Of a stretch of DNA of 64,000 nt, positions 9,813 to 19,900 are shown piece by piece; positions within the stretch are counted from its first letter, which is position 1, and the number at the start of each line of letters is the position of its first letter. The stretch lies in assembly GCA_964621065.1 (NCBI GenBank), contig CAZULG010000001.1, positions 11,082-75,081 on the forward strand, in the 5' to 3' direction. Made by a program: the position numbers and the translations under genes. The notes under the pieces are model-generated. The model was not told where the DNA came from, did no database searches, and saw nothing but the letters and a program-made list of their open reading frames with translations. The DNA comes from an uncultured Methanosarcinales archaeon. GTDB lineage: Archaea > Nanobdellota > Nanobdellia > Woesearchaeales > UBA583.

Positions 9813-10385
9813 TTAAAATATTATAATCTCAAAGTAAACTAATAATATTGAAATTATTAAAAGATGAACGAGGTTACCAATACCTAGGGCTAATAAAGTT
9901 AACTTTGGACTATATTTAACAATTCCAGCACTTGCTGATATGAAATCAGTTGGAAGAGGAAGTGGAAGAGATTGAAAAAAAGTTATAATATAGAAAATCT
10001 TCCATTTTGAGTACTTATTTATGTATTTTTGAATATTTTTGAAATATTTACTATATTTAGTTTTATTTGTAATTTCACTTCCTATATATCCCAAATAATA
10101 AAAAAATGCATCTCCTATTGTGAGTCCAATTGCAGATAAAACTGAGAGAAGAATATAATTACTTCCTCCATATAAAAATAGTACAAATAATGCATAAAAT
10201 GAAGCGGAAGTGAGTGCTGATACACCTCCAAATGTTGCGATTAGAAATATGATTATATAAGAGTTATTGATCCCAATTTGAGAAACTATTGAGCTCGCTT
10301 CTAATTGAGAGACTATAATAATATAGATTGTAAAGAGTATCAAAATTAAAGAAAATTCAAGTATTTTTTTAGTATGTATTTTCAT
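9813..10385 (-). CDS. VTT/DedA (SNARE-associated) membrane protein
   Basis: GLTIGDAFFYYLG and PLPLPTDFISASAG. Confidence 0.75.
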   Translation of the reverse strand: MKIHTKKILEFSLILILFTIYIIIVSQLEASSIVSQIGINNSYIIIFLIATFGGVSALTSASFYALFVLFLYGGSNYILLSVLSAIGLTIGDAFFYYLGYIGSEITNKTKYSKYFKNIQKYINKYSKWKIFYIITFFQSLPLPLPTDFISASAGIVKYSPKLTLLALGIGNLVHLLIISILLVYFEIIIF

Positions 10386-10396
10386 CTTACAATTAT

Positions 10397-11608
10397 TTAT
10401 CCTCTATGAAGCATTTGATCAACAATTTCTAAACTTTCAAAAAAATAATCAATTTCATCAATTGTATTATACATCGCAAAACTCACACGCAGTGTTGATT
10501 GAACTCCTAAAACTTCTAAAAGTGGTTGAGCGCAATGTGCTCCTTCACGAAGTGCAATTCCTCTCATATCCAAAAGCGTTGCTACGTCATAACAGTTGTA
10601 ATTTTTATACGTAAATGCAAAAATTGGACCTTTTTTTGAACTATTTGTTGTTCCATATAATTGTAATCCCTCAACTGTGTGTGCTTTTTTGAAAAAATGT
10701 TCAATAAGTTGTTGTTCATGATTTTGAATAGATTTCAAATTAGCTCCTTCAATAAATTCAATTGCTTTTGAAAATGCTATTGCTCCACAAATATCAGGTG
10801 TTCCTGCTTCAAATTTATGATAATTCGTTTGATATGTTGATTGATTAAACGTGACTTCTTCAATCATTCCTCCTCCATATTCATAAGGTTTCATAGTTTT
10901 GATGAACTTTTCTTGTGCAATAATTGCACCAACTCCTGTTGGACCATAACATTTATGCGCTGAGAAAGTAAGTGCGTGACATCCAAGTGTTTTAAAATCA
11001 ATTTGCTCATGTCCAACAATTTGCGCAGCATCATAAAATAAATACGCGTCTTCATAGTAACGTGCAACTTGTTTAATTTTTTGTGTATTTAATTTTTCTC
11101 CCAACACATTTGAAATCAATGGGAGTGCTATAATTTTTGTTTTCTCACTCACTAAGTTTTCAAATGCAATATAGTCAAATTCTTGTGTTTGAGTTAATGG
11201 AACAATTTTAAGTACTGCTCCTGTGTGTTTTGCAAGTTCTTGGTATACTACAAAATTACTATGATGCTCAACACATGATACAATAATTTCATCTCCTGGC
11301 TTAATTGTATGTTCAATTCCTCTCGCTAACATATTAATCCCATTTGTTGTTCCTCGTGTAAATATACACTCGCTGAGTTTTACTTGAAAGTGCTCAGCAA
11401 TTGTTGCTCTTGCGTTTTCAAAAAGAGTTGTTGCTTGCTGTGATAAAAAGTGTGCACCACGATGAACATTTGAATTTTGTGTTGAGTAATATTTAACAAT
11501 TGAGTTAATAACACTTTGTGGAGTTTGTGATGTTGCACCATTATCAAAGTAGACAAGTTGATTGCCATTGACTTTTTTAGTTAAAATAGGAAATTCATTT
11601 CTAAACAT
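10397..11608 (-). CDS. sufS: Cysteine desulfurase, SufS family
   Basis: LVYFDNGATSQ, EHHSN, FSAHKCYGPTG, FEAGTP and REGAHCAQP. Confidence 0.95.
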   Translation of the reverse strand: MFRNEFPILTKKVNGNQLVYFDNGATSQTPQSVINSIVKYYSTQNSNVHRGAHFLSQQATTLFENARATIAEHFQVKLSECIFTRGTTNGINMLARGIEHTIKPGDEIIVSCVEHHSNFVVYQELAKHTGAVLKIVPLTQTQEFDYIAFENLVSEKTKIIALPLISNVLGEKLNTQKIKQVARYYEDAYLFYDAAQIVGHEQIDFKTLGCHALTFSAHKCYGPTGVGAIIAQEKFIKTMKPYEYGGGMIEEVTFNQSTYQTNYHKFEAGTPDICGAIAFSKAIEFIEGANLKSIQNHEQQLIEHFFKKAHTVEGLQLYGTTNSSKKGPIFAFTYKNYNCYDVATLLDMRGIALREGAHCAQPLLEVLGVQSTLRVSFAMYNTIDEIDYFFESLEIVDQMLHRG

Positions 11609-11727
11609 AATTTATTAAATAGAGCGTTGTTTTTAATTCTTTTTCTCTCTTGAAGAGTTTGAAGAATTTTGAAGTGTAATTAAGTATGAATGGAAACTTA
11701 TTTATATTAAAAAAGGTAGTGTTTAAT

Positions 11728-11967
11728 ATGAATAAAAATACTATTTTGAAAGTTATTGTAAGTGTTCTTCTCTTAATTGGACTCGTGATATTGCCATTTT
11801 ATATAAATTCTTATGAAAAATTTTCAATGGAAGGCGAGTCTTGTCAGCTGTATTATGCATCTTGCATTTGTTATGGGAGTTATTATGTTGGAGATTCGTA
11901 TCCTCCTAGCCACGTATGTGGAGGAATTGAGAGATGTTCTTCGATTAATAGAACAGTATGTAGATAA
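11728..11967 (+). CDS. Small membrane-anchored Cys-rich protein
   Basis: N-terminal TM then 6 Cys. Start probably MNKNT (11728). Confidence 0.55.
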   Translation: MNKNTILKVIVSVLLLIGLVILPFYINSYEKFSMEGESCQLYYASCICYGSYYVGDSYPPSHVCGGIERCSSINRTVCR

Positions 11968-12004
11968 AAAATATATTTATAAATAATCATAACATATAAA
12001 TAAT

Positions 12005-12211
12005 ATGGTAACATCTAAAACTCTTCATGAAAATGATATTAGAAATATTGTAAGAGATGAAATTTCTCAGATAGTTCCTGAGTTTGAAATAATAACTGAG
12101 TCTCAATTATCATTAAGAGAAAAAAATTTGTGTTTAGAAGCTGAAGAAGAATACAAAAAGGGAGAAACAATATCTTTTGAGGAAGTGTATGATAAAATTT
12201 TAGATGAATAA
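12005..12211 (+). CDS. Putative antitoxin of RelE TA pair
   Basis: Small acidic protein ending AEEEYKKGETISFEEV, 2 bp upstream of RelE. Confidence 0.75.
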   Translation: MVTSKTLHENDIRNIVRDEISQIVPEFEIITESQLSLREKNLCLEAEEEYKKGETISFEEVYDKILDE

Positions 12212-12213
12212 AA

Positions 12214-12474
12214 ATGTATGATATTCAATTTTCAAAAGAATCATTTAAATTTCTTGAAAAACTTAAAGATAAAGAGTTAAAGAGGAGATTGCTTAAATCA
12301 ATCTTTCTACTTAAACTGGAACCTTATCCTAAGAATAATTTTAAGCTTTTAGAACCCTACAAAGAAAAAATAAGAATTAGAGTTGGCAAATATAGAATTC
12401 TCTATACAGTGAAGGAAAAAGAATTAGTTATTTTAATTATTACTATTGATAAAAGAGGAAGAGTTTACAAATAA
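12214..12474 (+). CDS. relE: RelE/ParE family toxin
   Basis: RIRVGKYRILYTV...IDKRGRVYK. Confidence 0.9.
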   Translation: MYDIQFSKESFKFLEKLKDKELKRRLLKSIFLLKLEPYPKNNFKLLEPYKEKIRIRVGKYRILYTVKEKELVILIITIDKRGRVYK

Positions 12475-12475
12475 T

Positions 12476-12619
12476 CTATTTCTCTTCAAATGCTTCTCTT
12501 AATACACTTTCCAGCAGTTTTTGTGCATATTCTTTTGAATTTTTGATCTCTTCTTCTAATTTATCACAATACCGCATCAATTCATCAACTTTTTGGGTTA
12601 TTCATTGTTGTTTCTATAA
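12476..12619 (-). pseudogene. hsdS: Remnant 3' end of a second type I RM hsdS gene
   Basis: L*KQQ*ITQKVDELMRYCDKLEEEIKNSKEYAQKLLESVLREAFEEK* matches the HsdS C-terminal conserved helix. Two in-frame stops; the rest of the gene is absent. Confidence 0.75.
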
Positions 12620-12620
12620 A

Positions 12621-15600
12621 TTATTCTCTTTTATTTTTATTTAACTTTTTTGAATCTTCAGCCATTGTAGGCAGACTTGAATTAGAAGGATAACTATAAC
12701 TTTTTATTTCATCAATTGGGTTTTGTATTTCATTTTCTATCTCAAAGTTGTCAGTTGTCTCCTTAACTTGAGCTAATACAATATCTATTGCATCTTTTTG
12801 GTCCTCAGGAGGATATTTGTATTTTGTCAGTAATCGTTTGATCATAACTCTCATTTTTGCTCTTGCAAATTCTCTTTTATCCCAATCAATAGTTTTGTTT
12901 TTTCTGATTTGAATTACTAGCTCTTTTGCAATTTCTTTTAAGACATCTTCGCCCATTACATCTTTTATTTCATCTTTATAACTTAGAGCATCATAAAATG
13001 CAATTTCATCATCACTTAATCCCATTGAATTTCTTCTGTTAAATTGTTCTTTGAAATGTTTTGCCAAATTAATCATTTCTTCAATAACTTTAGCAGTCTC
13101 AATAGTTCTATTTTCATACTTTAAAACAGTATTTTTTAGTATTTCAGAAAATTTTAACTCCATTGCCTTATTATGTTTTGATTTAGTTTTTATCTCATCA
13201 TTAATGAGTTTTTTTAATAATTCAAATGTCAAATTTTTATGCTCTTTATTTTTCAATTCATCTAAAAAATCATCTGAGAGTACTGAGAGTTCTGGTTTAT
13301 CAATTCCTGCTATTTGATAGATATCTACTACTTCTTTTCCTGTAATAGCATTATTGAGTAATTCGTTTAGTTTTGTATTATAATTTACTTCAGTAGTTTT
13401 ATGTTCTCTTGCATTTAATTTCAAAAGGGAAATTCTCACTGCTTGGAAATATTTAATGTCTAAAACTAAATCCCTTGCTTCTTGTGATTGAGGACATAAT
13501 GAATGAGCTTTAATTAATTCAAATGTTGTTTTCATAAATAATTCTTTCTTTTTTTCTCCTTGTGAGAGGATATGTTCCATTCCATCTTCAATTAGTCTTA
13601 TTCTTTTAAAGTATTCAACTGACTCATCTTTGAAATCTTCATAGTTAAAATGTTTAAATAATGAGCTCACGATTTCAAATTTATCTTTCATCACATCAAT
13701 TGCGTGTGAAATTTCTTTTCCAATTACTTCTTTGTCTGAGTCAGAGTAAAAGCTTACTGCTTGTTTTAAAAATTGACCAATTCCAATATAATCTACTACT
13801 AAACCTGAATCTTTGTCTTTGAATACTCTATTAACTCTTGAAATTGCTTGAATTAAGTTATGTCCTTTAATTGGTTTGTCAATATACATCGTGCTCACAC
13901 ACGGAACATCAAAACCTGTGAGCCACATATCACGAACGATTACAATTTCTAATTCATCCTCTTCATCTTTAAATCTTTGAGCAATTGCATCTTGTTCTTT
14001 TTTGCTTCTAATATGATCTTGAAGTTTTTGTTTATCTGATGAAGCACCACTAAATATTATCTTCATCTTTCCTTTAGAATCATCATCATCGTGTAAATCC
14101 GGTTGTAGAGCTTTTAGTATATTATAAAAATCGACACAAATTTCTCGAGACATACATACAAACATTGCTTTTGATTTGAAATTTGATTTTCTTGATTTGA
14201 AATGTTGCAAAAAATCTTTTGCAATTAATTCTAATCTATTTTTATTTCCAACTATTGCTTCAAGTTGTGCCCACTTTCGTTTTGCTTGATTTGATTTAGC
14301 TTCATCATTTTCAGTTATTTCTTCAAATTCTGAATCTAGTTGAGTCAAATATTGTTCTTCTAAACCAATTTTTGCAAGTCTTGATTCATAATAAATTGGA
14401 ACTGTTGTTTTATCTTCAACAGATTGTGCCATTGTGTATTTATCAATATAATCTCCAAATACTTCTGAAGTGTTCTTTCCATCTAATTCTAAAGGTGTCC
14501 CTGTAAATCCAATGAATTGAGCGTTTGGAAGAGAATCTCTCATATGTCTTGCATATCCTTTAATAAAATCATATTGACTTCTATGTGCTTCATCTGCAAT
14601 GATGAATATATTTTTCCTATTTGATAATTCATCTGCTTTTACTTTTTCTTTTTCAAGTAAGAATTTTTGAATTGTTGTAAATATAATCCCTCCTGATTCT
14701 CTGTGTTGTAATAATTCTTTGAGATGTTCTCTATTTTTTGCTTGATCAGGAACTTGTTTTAATATATCAACAGAACCTGAAAATGTTGAAAATAACTGGT
14801 CGTCTAAATCATTTCTATCAGTTAAAACAATAATTGTTGGATTGTTGAATTCATTGATGAGTTTTCCTGTATAGAATGTCATTGAAAATGATTTTCCACT
14901 TCCTGTTGAGTGCCAAATGACTCCTACTCTGTTTGAATTTGTAGTTACTGCTTGATGTGATTTTTCAATTGCTTTATTTACAGCAAAATATTGGTGATAT
15001 GAGGCTAAAATTTTAATTGTTTGTTTTTGTTTATTTTTTTGAATTGTTATGAAATTGTGAATGATATCTAAGAAATGTTCTTTTTTATACATTCCATTAA
15101 TTTGAGTTTCAATTTGAACAAAACTTTTATTGTGTCTTTTTCCATCTTCTGATTTCCATTGTACAAATCTATCAAATTCTGCTGTTATTGTTCCTGCTCT
15201 TGCTTCAAATCCATCTGATATAACTAAGAATGTGTTGTATGTGAATATGTTAGGTATTCTTCGTTGATATGTTTTTATTTGCTCATATGCACTCTCAATT
15301 GTTGTTTTCTCATCACTTGGATTTTTCAACTCAATTATTGAGAGAGGAATTCCATTAAGATATACTACTATGTCTAGGCGTTTTTGATTCTGATCTTGAA
15401 TAATAGTGAGTTGATTTGTTGCTAGAAAATTATTATTATGTATGTTGTGTTTATCAAATAAAAATACTTTTTCATATTTTTGAGTTTTCTCATTATATGT
15501 ATCTACTCCGTTTAAAATGTAATTGTGAAATTCGAGATTTGCTTCTTCTAATACAGGGTGTGTGATTGCTTGAATTTTTTTAACAGCTTCATCTATTTGT

Positions 15601-15779
15601 TTTTGAGTTTTATTTATGTTGATTTGTTTTAACTGAGCTTTTAATCTATTTGTGAGAATAATATTTGCATGGTTTTGTTCTCTCTCATTAATTAAATCGG
15701 GTCCAAATAAATATTCATATTTTAACGATTTGAATAATTCAAGCACTGCTTGTTCTAGAGAATCCTCATTAAACTTCAT
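12621..15779 (-). CDS. hsdR: Type I restriction endonuclease subunit R
   Basis: RLDIVVYLNGIPLSIIELK nuclease motif, WHSTGSGKS, DEAHRSQY, FTGTP, MWLTGFD and QAISRVNR. Confidence 0.97.
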   Translation of the reverse strand: MKFNEDSLEQAVLELFKSLKYEYLFGPDLINEREQNHANIILTNRLKAQLKQININKTQKQIDEAVKKIQAITHPVLEEANLEFHNYILNGVDTYNEKTQKYEKVFLFDKHNIHNNNFLATNQLTIIQDQNQKRLDIVVYLNGIPLSIIELKNPSDEKTTIESAYEQIKTYQRRIPNIFTYNTFLVISDGFEARAGTITAEFDRFVQWKSEDGKRHNKSFVQIETQINGMYKKEHFLDIIHNFITIQKNKQKQTIKILASYHQYFAVNKAIEKSHQAVTTNSNRVGVIWHSTGSGKSFSMTFYTGKLINEFNNPTIIVLTDRNDLDDQLFSTFSGSVDILKQVPDQAKNREHLKELLQHRESGGIIFTTIQKFLLEKEKVKADELSNRKNIFIIADEAHRSQYDFIKGYARHMRDSLPNAQFIGFTGTPLELDGKNTSEVFGDYIDKYTMAQSVEDKTTVPIYYESRLAKIGLEEQYLTQLDSEFEEITENDEAKSNQAKRKWAQLEAIVGNKNRLELIAKDFLQHFKSRKSNFKSKAMFVCMSREICVDFYNILKALQPDLHDDDDSKGKMKIIFSGASSDKQKLQDHIRSKKEQDAIAQRFKDEEDELEIVIVRDMWLTGFDVPCVSTMYIDKPIKGHNLIQAISRVNRVFKDKDSGLVVDYIGIGQFLKQAVSFYSDSDKEVIGKEISHAIDVMKDKFEIVSSLFKHFNYEDFKDESVEYFKRIRLIEDGMEHILSQGEKKKELFMKTTFELIKAHSLCPQSQEARDLVLDIKYFQAVRISLLKLNAREHKTTEVNYNTKLNELLNNAITGKEVVDIYQIAGIDKPELSVLSDDFLDELKNKEHKNLTFELLKKLINDEIKTKSKHNKAMELKFSEILKNTVLKYENRTIETAKVIEEMINLAKHFKEQFNRRNSMGLSDDEIAFYDALSYKDEIKDVMGEDVLKEIAKELVIQIRKNKTIDWDKREFARAKMRVMIKRLLTKYKYPPEDQKDAIDIVLAQVKETTDNFEIENEIQNPIDEIKSYSYPSNSSLPTMAEDSKKLNKNKRE

Positions 15780-15831
15780 TTATAAGAGAATTTAGTTGTT
15801 TTATATTTAAATAGTTACTGGTTTAGACTGA

Positions 15832-16350
15832 TTATTGTTTTATGATTTTAAAATTATTATATTTAAACAGGTATTGGGAGATATTAATATATTTTATTTG
15901 TTCGGCTTTACAAATTGTTGGAATTTTTAAAAACAAATTTTTATTATATTTCTCATTTGTAGTTTCGTTTGTTACAATTATAGGTGTTACATTTAATCTT
16001 GTCTTTTCTAAATGTTTTACTAATTCTATTAAATATAAATCTACATATTTATCAAGAAACTTTTTCTTTTCTGAATCAAAAACTCCATTAAATTTTGAAT
16101 TTTTATGTGCTAATTTTTCCAAAAAAAAAGTTTCTTCAACTTTTTGACTTAAAAAATTAGTATCTACTGACTTAATATTTTTCTTAAATGAATCATTTCC
16201 TACTAATTCTCCTTCTACTTTATCAATTACTACGACTTCTTCTGATTGAATTTTTTCTAATAAAAACGAGTACAACTCTTTATTATCATTAGAATAATAT
16301 TTAAAATAATCTATTAATGCACAGGTATCAAAAATAAATACAGGACTCAT
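15832..16350 (-). CDS. PIN-domain protein (DUF4411-like)
   Basis: FIFDTCALI, VEGEL, VDLYLI, IVTNE and KIPTIC. 4-bp overlap with the upstream peptidase gene. Confidence 0.8.
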   Translation of the reverse strand: MSPVFIFDTCALIDYFKYYSNDNKELYSFLLEKIQSEEVVVIDKVEGELVGNDSFKKNIKSVDTNFLSQKVEETFFLEKLAHKNSKFNGVFDSEKKKFLDKYVDLYLIELVKHLEKTRLNVTPIIVTNETTNEKYNKNLFLKIPTICKAEQIKYINISQYLFKYNNFKIIKQ

Positions 16351-17564
16351 TTTTTAGGTAATAACCTCTCAATTTCAAACTCTTTAATTAGTCCATTTTC
16401 ATAATTGATCATTAATATATCTTGAAAAAGTCTTGATTGTTTAGGTTTTGGTTTGGTATAAGGTATTTGTTTTTTGAATTCTTTAATATTTTCATCAGTA
16501 ATTTCAATCCCTTTTTTATTCATTTCAGACTTTATTTGAGATTCTCTTTCTTGTTTTTCTAGTTCTTTTTTTGTTTGAACATTTTTCTCTATTTCTTTGA
16601 GTTTATGCTCATATTCTTTATGAGAAATTATTTCTTGTTTTCTTAAATGAGTATAGAGAGCTGAATTACTTAAATATGTTTTTTGATATATCTCTTCTAC
16701 ATTTGTTTTAGTTAGATTTTCTTCAAAGAGTAAAAAATTAAATGCAAACTCATTACACCATTGCTCTACTTTATTAATTGAGATAATTGGGTACTCTATT
16801 TGTTCGACTTCTTCAATATCAAGTAAATGATGTCCTAATTCGTGAAGTAGAGTAAATATTTGTTTTCTAGGATAATCTTTTTCTCGTTTAACCACTATAC
16901 AATTTGGTTGTATATAACATCCGTTAAAATTAATATTTTGTTTGGAATTTGGTGAGTCTACATGTTCAAATACTATTACATTTAGCTCATCAAGTATTGT
17001 TATCATATTTTTAATGAATACTTCTTCATTGTTTGATTTTGTAGTGTTTAGTTTTTCGTTATTGAGTGTTTTTTTACTGATTTGTTTTGATTGTTTTAAT
17101 TGATGTTCTATTTCTTCACATTTTAATCTTATTGATGTTGCAACTTTTTTTGGATTATCTCTTATATTATAAGTATCTAATTTTCTTGATAAATCATAAT
17201 CAATATTTTTAGCTAAACTTTGAATTTCTTTTGATAATTGTTCGTAATTATCAATTACTTTTCTGCTATATAAGTCTAAATTAGTTTCAAATTGATTATT
17301 TTTTCTTAAAAATATTGAAGAGTTAGTATTTGTTATATCATCTCTTCTATAATAAAAACTTAGTCCTTGATTGAATACTTTATCTATTTTTTTAAGCGTT
17401 TGAATTTTCACAGGGTTTTGAAGATCTTTTTCTTTGATTTTTGTCAGTTCTATAAATTCTTTTTGCGTGAGATTAAATTTTTTAAGAAGAAAGTTTAGTC
17501 GATTATAATTGAGAGTAAATGTTGTATTATTACTCAAATTATTTAAAGAAGCTACAAGAGACAT
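16347..17564 (-). CDS. ImmA/IrrE family metallopeptidase with N-terminal HTH-like region
   Basis: QIFTLLHELGHHLL and VEQWCNEFAFNFLL. Confidence 0.88.
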   Translation of the reverse strand: MSLVASLNNLSNNTTFTLNYNRLNFLLKKFNLTQKEFIELTKIKEKDLQNPVKIQTLKKIDKVFNQGLSFYYRRDDITNTNSSIFLRKNNQFETNLDLYSRKVIDNYEQLSKEIQSLAKNIDYDLSRKLDTYNIRDNPKKVATSIRLKCEEIEHQLKQSKQISKKTLNNEKLNTTKSNNEEVFIKNMITILDELNVIVFEHVDSPNSKQNINFNGCYIQPNCIVVKREKDYPRKQIFTLLHELGHHLLDIEEVEQIEYPIISINKVEQWCNEFAFNFLLFEENLTKTNVEEIYQKTYLSNSALYTHLRKQEIISHKEYEHKLKEIEKNVQTKKELEKQERESQIKSEMNKKGIEITDENIKEFKKQIPYTKPKPKQSRLFQDILMINYENGLIKEFEIERLLPKK

Positions 17565-17622
17565 ATTTTCAAAGAGTTATTAAAACTTATAAATTTTTGT
17601 TATTATTTGAAGAAGAGGGGAA

Positions 17623-18588
17623 TTATTCTAAGTCTTCTTCATCAAATCCTTTTACATTACTTTGATTTAATAAATTTACTTTTGTGGACTCTATTTCATC
17701 TATTTCATCCTGAGATTTGTATTCCTTAACTTCATACTTAGGAGAACTGATAATTTTCAATTCTCCTGTGATTTTATTTTTATCAATTTCTCTCCCTGTA
17801 ATTTCATATTTTAAAATGACTTCTCCTTCCTTCTCACATTTAACATAAATTTCAGGAAATCTTGTTGGAAAATGTTGATCTGCTTCTTCACACCAGTACT
17901 GAATGCGATTATTTGAACTAAGAAATACATTTTCACTAGGCTCAATTTTAGAATAAGACTTAATTTCAGGAAATTGGTTTTTATAAATATTAGGATACTC
18001 TCTAATAAAATTAAGTTTGTTTGATATACTTTCAAAGGTGATTCTTACATCTTCAACTCTTATATTTCCTAAATTATTAAGTTTAATTTTAAAAGGTAGG
18101 AATTCTTCCTCAATTTCCTTCAAAGCTTCTTCTTCAATTTGAGTTGGACCTTGGAAGAAATTAAATTTTCCTGATATTATAGAAGATAGAGATGAGCTTG
18201 GAAGACTTATCTTTTTTAATTCCTCTTTTTCTTCTTGAGTTAAGTCATCTTCTTTTTCATCTTTTATGAGTTTTCGTTTAGTAATTGTTGAATTTATTTC
18301 TATTTCTTTCAAATCATTATCAAATACTACATCTAATTTTGGTTTATTATCTTCAAAATGTTTAATTTTGTCAAGTTCTTCCTTCCAAACCTTGTAGGAT
18401 GAATATATTAAAGCTAAAACAAAAAAAATGACTGTTATAATAAAAATATACTTATCTGAAAGATTTACTCCAATTTTTAATGAAAAATCAAAATATGTAT
18501 TAACTAAACCTAAAATAGTTGGTATAATACCTATAACAGTAACCCAATTAGAAAATATTTTCTTCAAATAATATATTAAATCATTCAT
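17623..18588 (-). CDS. Hypothetical protein, 2 N-terminal TM helices plus soluble domain
   Basis: 321 aa; overlaps the hsdS stop by 8 bp. Confidence 0.7.
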   Translation of the reverse strand: MNDLIYYLKKIFSNWVTVIGIIPTILGLVNTYFDFSLKIGVNLSDKYIFIITVIFFVLALIYSSYKVWKEELDKIKHFEDNKPKLDVVFDNDLKEIEINSTITKRKLIKDEKEDDLTQEEKEELKKISLPSSSLSSIISGKFNFFQGPTQIEEEALKEIEEEFLPFKIKLNNLGNIRVEDVRITFESISNKLNFIREYPNIYKNQFPEIKSYSKIEPSENVFLSSNNRIQYWCEEADQHFPTRFPEIYVKCEKEGEVILKYEITGREIDKNKITGELKIISSPKYEVKEYKSQDEIDEIESTKVNLLNQSNVKGFDEEDLE

Positions 18589-19900
18589 TCTTTACTCTAA
18601 TTTCTCCTCTCATTAATTTTGGAAGTAAAACATCCCTTGTATTTTGAAGATATTGAATTTCATTTAAGTTATCAATATAATTATTAAAAAAATTTGAATA
18701 TATCTTTTCAAATTCAATTAGTGTATTTTTATTAGAAATCAAAAGAGAGATATTTTCTATTTCAGTAGAACTGATATTTGGTTGTGCTGAACCAATTGCT
18801 TTGTCTCTTATTTTTTTCAAATATTCATTGGAGTTGAAAACAATATATGAGTATAATAATCCATAATCAAAAATTTGTTTAAACATTCCTACTCGTTGAT
18901 TTAATAATAGTTTATAATTTGATTTTTGAACAACTCCTATTTTCCCTATTTCTGCACCAGTCATTGCAATTAAAATATCTTTTTCTTTAATTATAAATTT
19001 TGAATCTAAGTTTTGAATTGAATTATCATCAATAAATCCAGAATCTGTTAGGTTTACAATTCCTCCTGAAATATTTTTTATTTTGATTAATCTACTCTTA
19101 CTATATTTAACAAAATCTTTACTCTTAAATGCATAACCACTCTGGATTTTTACTAATTCTCCTAATCTTCCGGCTCTCCATCCCTTTGGAATTTCTTTTC
19201 CTAATTCTTCACAAAACACCATTTCTCCTCCATTTGATTTATATTCTTCTCCATTTTCATTTGGAAATTCAAAATCAACAAACCACCTTTTAAAAAGTGT
19301 TTTTCCCATCTCTTCAAGTGTTTGATTAATGTGTTTATTCATTTCAATTTTTGAGTCTAAATCACTTAAGATTTTCGCAATAGATTTTTGTTCTTCAATG
19401 GTTGGAGGGAGAGGAATATTGACTTTTTCTAAAATACTAACATATAAGTTTTTTTGAACACTTCCAACTGCCTTTGATTTTAGTTCTTCTCGAATCAATT
19501 TCAAAAAATTTAATATATATTTAGTTTGATTTTTATCAATTGGATTAATATTAATGATTGCTCTGTTTCCACACATAAAATCCTTCAAAACTCCTAATTT
19601 TCCAATTGTCCCAGACTTACTTATTGCAATAGACTCAGGTTCAAACAACTTAGCACTCTTGCCTGCACTTTTGAAACCTTCTTTAGAAAGCTTTCTACTT
19701 GTGTCATAGATAAAAGTATCATTTAAATCATTAACTCTTAACCATTTAATTTCATCACCAAAAAAATTTGGATTCGTTTGAGAAGGATTTACATATCCTT
19801 CTTGGAATTTACAAAGTTCTCCTAACTCCTTAACTTCCCAATCATGAGGGATTTTTCCAATTTCAGTATCTTTAAATTCTGTTTCTTTGTAAGTGTTCAT
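18581..19900 (-). CDS. hsdS: Type I RM specificity subunit S
   Basis: EIGKIPHDW, GSVQKNL, PPTIEEQKSIAKILSDLDSKIE, EIPKGW and RDVLLPKLMRGEIRV. Start probably 19900, overlapping the upstream stop. Confidence 0.95.
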   Translation of the reverse strand: MNTYKETEFKDTEIGKIPHDWEVKELGELCKFQEGYVNPSQTNPNFFGDEIKWLRVNDLNDTFIYDTSRKLSKEGFKSAGKSAKLFEPESIAISKSGTIGKLGVLKDFMCGNRAIININPIDKNQTKYILNFLKLIREELKSKAVGSVQKNLYVSILEKVNIPLPPTIEEQKSIAKILSDLDSKIEMNKHINQTLEEMGKTLFKRWFVDFEFPNENGEEYKSNGGEMVFCEELGKEIPKGWRAGRLGELVKIQSGYAFKSKDFVKYSKSRLIKIKNISGGIVNLTDSGFIDDNSIQNLDSKFIIKEKDILIAMTGAEIGKIGVVQKSNYKLLLNQRVGMFKQIFDYGLLYSYIVFNSNEYLKKIRDKAIGSAQPNISSTEIENISLLISNKNTLIEFEKIYSNFFNNYIDNLNEIQYLQNTRDVLLPKLMRGEIRVKNE

